From NCBI GenBank assembly GCA_001949185.1, contig BDGG01000001.1, positions 4,515,624 to 4,579,623 of the forward strand: DNA of 64,000 bases. The letters run 5' to 3'. The DNA comes from Ramazzottius varieornatus (lineage: Eukaryota; Animalia; Tardigrada). Numbering within the stretch: the stretch's first letter is position 1; every line of letters starts with the position of its first letter. A model generated the notes under the pieces. That model saw nothing but the letters and a program-made list of their open reading frames with translations, made no database searches and was not told where the DNA came from. A program made the position numbers and the translations under genes. Below are positions 58,116 to 64,000 of this stretch, in pieces.

Positions 58116-61100
58116 GTGCGGATGTCTCGTACGAGTCTCGCCGCTCTCGCGTACGAGGTCGGAAAAAGCATATAGCAGCCAGTGTTGGCGAAATGTTTTT
58201 CCTAATCTGACCGGCACCTCTCATCGTCAACACTCGCAGCAGCTTTGATTGATGATCTCCATAACGGGCTTTCAGCATAATTAAGTCTTTACTTCATAAG
58301 ACTGCGACACGGAGTACGTCAGATGTTTCGTCACAGACAAATTCTTTCATCTACCCGATTTCTCTGAACCAAAGCTAATCTTGCCAGCGTTCGGAAAAAA
58401 TTGTGGAATTTAGGATTTTAAATACTGAAAAAAATATTTTGAATTTCGAATGCGATAAGAGAAGGAATGAGAATGCAGGATATTTTCCGTCCGGCGTAAC
58501 ATTCATCATTAGTATTTTTGTTGGTTCTAAACACGCAATATTTGCAGCGTTTGATACGGGGGCTGCGTAACAGATCCAATCATCCACTTTTCACTTCCGT
58601 CAACAGGGAAATTCTTGCTCTGCTTCCAGTGTACATGGGAAGATGCGATGATGGATGAGATGCTGTCCTGTTGTCGAACAGCTCACAGGTGTCTACTTCC
58701 AATTAACATACCTCCCGCAGACGGAAGTTCTTACAGCCAGCTCTTCCTCTCTCGTAAAGGGAGTGACCCAACTGAAAAATCAATAAATCCCGTAGGCGAA
58801 GATATCACCTGTATACATCTGTGTGAGATTGCTACCCAACGTACAGGCCATCGTTATATCGTCGCTGCACACGCTGAATGGTTGGACGCCCAACTGTGCT
58901 AATTCCTCATTATATAATACTGTAATATGCTCCATTATTCGGGTCAACCTTTCAATTTTCCGAGAACCGGTGACAGAAAGACTCTGGAGGACAGCCATTT
59001 ATTTTCCAGAACGCTAGCTGATGGTCGGTAAACGAACTGTTTATGTCGATCGCGAACCTACGTATAGCCTTTGGCTTGCGTGAAGTTGGGTCTTTGTATG
59101 CAGGTTTGTAACACAAGAAGCAGTTTCTTTCCCGCGCGAACGCCCAATTTGACCCTGTTATTTTACGGGCAATCCACTTGATGGTCTTGTCGGCAAGAAA
59201 AACATCGACAGTTCGATCGTCGATTGCTGTACTAACGAATCGATGGGGACGTTAAAGGCTTGGGATGACATCGACTTGTCGATACGTGAACTGGAGGGAA
59301 GATAAGACAAACTTGACCGCCGTTTGCCTATTCAACCACAACGATTAGGGGCTGCTTTACGGACACAATACAAACACACTTCCCGTTTTGAATATCCATC
59401 GTCTTCCCTTCCAAGAGATTGAGTGCTAAATGGGACAATCTACCGCGTAGTGATCAGATCAACCTAGCTTGTGGTCTGTACCGCGGCTTGGATAAACAGA
59501 GGACTTGTCTTCCCCTAGGAAAACCCCGGCTTTTTCTCCCGCGGCTTGTGCTCCAGTGTGTACAAGACTTCCTTTAACACAACTAGCCTGATCAACTTTC
59601 CTTCGAGGGTTCGGCTGACTTGATTTTTCCGCAGAGAGGAAGCATGTGTTCAGCTGACTTCCGGTTTCCGGCGGGAGCTATTCTTTTCCTTTTTGCGGCT
59701 TTCTCGCCGCCTACTTCCGGTGCCACTCGAAGGACTTTAGCTCCTGAACATATGTAGTGTGTCATTTATGTTGTTGGCAGCTCGCTTCGGGTTGTGCGCG
59801 AGACGGAGGGAGAAGAGTTAAAATCAACAAGGCTATTACCAGCTTTCGCATCAATCTCTTCTGGTGGAGGATCGGGGCACAGCCGCGATCCATGGCGCTG
59901 ATTATTATTTGGGCCTACTTGTCATTCTTGGCCCGTATGGGACCGTAGACACCACGCATGTATGCTTCTGCTCAGTGTTGCTCAGCTCTAAGTGATCACG
60001 TTGTTGCCGCCACGACCGGTATACGATATGTGTGTTACGATTCAGAAGCGCGGAGCCTGCGATTATAGTCGGGATATCCTCTTTCCGCTCCTTTCCAATA
60101 TAATGTTTTGGCTTTACTTCACGCTCGGCTTCGGATGTGATAAGCAGCTAAATTGGGATGCATTTGGCCCATTCCGACGACTTCACTTGACTCAACCGCC
60201 GTTCTTGAAAACGTTTCTAAGTTGACTGCGTCATGCAGCTGCATACAGTTATGGTCGATGATGGAATTCCGAAGAAATATCCTTCGGTAAAACATAAACC
60301 GAAATTTGTTTTGACGAGTGTGTATTGCTGACTTGAAGTAACTGACTGTTTCGTCCGATTCTCGGAACCCAGAAGTTGGTCGTATTTTTTTTATATGGGG
60401 AAGCCGGCTCTTCATCAGTTCTCGCCATATGTGCGCGAGCAATGTTGAAAAATTTTATACCCTTGACAAATAATCACTGGCTGTATGGCCGGTATTATCA
60501 CCTTGTTACGCGTATTATCACATCTGCTACAGTTTCAACTGGGACTTGAGGATGTGCTAAACTGTGAAAACAATGTTTATTCAGCTTGTCGACGATGGAT
60601 CAACAGCTGGTGTACGGCAGAAAAATATTAACATGGAAGGCTTTATAACCACGATTGCTCTCTACCAAAAGCCGTCTTGATACGGGAATATTTTGAGTAG
60701 TCTTCTCGCGGTGATGGAAACCTGCAGGTCTGTCAAACGTAAAATTAGCCGTTTCTCCGAAACTATCCCCGGTTTTTTTTCTGAGTGGGAAATATTTCTT
60801 TGAGTGTGGTTTCATCGCTAAAAGGTCTTCGGTTATCCCGAGGAAGGTTGACGAGCTGCCTTTGGCCTTTCAGTACCACGAACTATGTAGCTCAAGTCTC
60901 AGTATATGGGAATCATCGATGACTTAGCTAGTTGATCTCAATAGGAAGTTAAAGATTAATGTTGGCTTGTCTCGAATTTCGCTTCATTAGACCTGACAGT
61001 GCTGTTAAAGGAGAGGGTGGCTCGAGCTCGGGCTTTCCATTCCATATCCGAATCAGCATGCAAGGCATCTTCCCTCTCCACATTTCCTGGTTGGGCATCG

Positions 61101-61574
61101 ATAGGCACCACAGATGACATTATATGACCATAGCATCATCCCTTCGTGCACACACAGCCGGAAAACAGAATGCGATGCTCGGTGTGATTGCAGTGATAGG
61201 CTCTTTGTTCTAATCGTACAAGAAGCCAAAGAGTCCCTTGGGATCCACTGCCAATGTGCAATCAGATGAGTCCTGGCTCCAGCTCTGTAGTAATGATGAT
61301 CATGCCAGACTTACACATGGCTTCATCGGGGAAGAAAAGGTTCACTTCACCGTGTACGTGCGTTCTGTTCAACGTGGGAAATAATTCTGACCTATAATGC
61401 AACAGCTAGCGCGTGATTGATTAAAACCTGTGGAATATCCCTATCGACTTTCTTTTTCTTCCCGCTGAACATGCTTGCTCTGTTTTCAACCGTGACAAAC
61501 CGATTGGAAGGCATTCGAGTACATATTTTTGCACGAAGGAACCCTCTGGTTTCGAGAATATGTGAGACATGATT

Positions 61575-61670
61575 GATGAATTGAACCAGATCGTCATCTC
61601 GAGTGGCGCACGTTGCCGTTGCTACTGGCTGCCAGCGTGCGCCAGTTTAGAACGATCTAATTCCAAACAC
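61575..61670. repeat. GTGGCGCAC palindromic dispersed repeat copy (upstream of the PCBP start codon)
   Basis: AGATCGTCATCTCGAGTGGCGCACG (core at 61603), 23 nt, CGTGCGCCAGTTTAGAACGATCT. Confidence 0.8.
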
Positions 61671-61999
61671 TTGCTCGCGTCCCATGTATGGTACAGGGAC
61701 TAATTCTATTCTGTAAAGCTGAAAAATTTTCTCAAAATCAGCCAACGGTCCCCGTCAGTTATGTTTGATCCGCCAATTTTTATTTTGTCTAGTGACAATC
61801 CCCGGACCTCTTTCGACACCGGCTCTCTAGTCTCAACGGTGACCATTCACTCTCCCGAGCACCTTCTGCTACTTCCTACTTTTTTCTTCTACTTTCTGCG
61901 GTGACGGTCAACCTCTGTTCCGTTGCTCCAACACTTAGTTCTCCGAACCGAACCAGCTACCCTCCTAATTTCTTTCACCAAGCCACCGCTAATCTCACC

Positions 62000-63934
<1,935 letters not shown>

Positions 63935-64000
63935 TGAGTAATAAAACGAGCCTGGAATCGAAGATAAAAAAATAATCTAATCCAGTGGATAATCTCGAAA

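Overview
This is eukaryotic (animal) genomic DNA, not prokaryotic. It is a compact, gene-dense invertebrate region with short spliceosomal introns; the style suggests a tardigrade, which is inference and cannot be confirmed here. Genes in order: an unknown multi-pass membrane protein (-); a frameshifted class A GPCR pseudogene (-); PP4 regulatory subunit 3 SMEK/PPP4R3 (-), head-to-head with the ArfGAP AGAP/centaurin-gamma (+); a Lifeguard/TMBIM protein (+); an assembly gap; a transposon cluster (hAT-type element, decayed Ngaro-like tyrosine-recombinase retrotransposon, Mutator/foldback-type element); U2AF2 (+); noggin (-) directly beside an sFRP1/2/5-like gene (-); a C2CD2L/TMEM24-like SMP-C2 protein (-); a Prop/unc-42 homeobox gene (-); ANKLE2-like (+); a probable heavily decayed DEAD-box helicase relic (-); and the 5' part of a PCBP/mub KH gene (+). 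The most notable unexplained structure is a dispersed, mostly intronic palindromic element in about 11 copies (GTGGCGCACG, ~23-nt variable spacer, CGTGCGCCAC). Also notable are the noggin-sFRP tandem, a G.U-containing stem structure at the 3' end of the YR retrotransposon, and a required GC-AG intron in AGAP. Exon boundaries were read by eye and are approximate.
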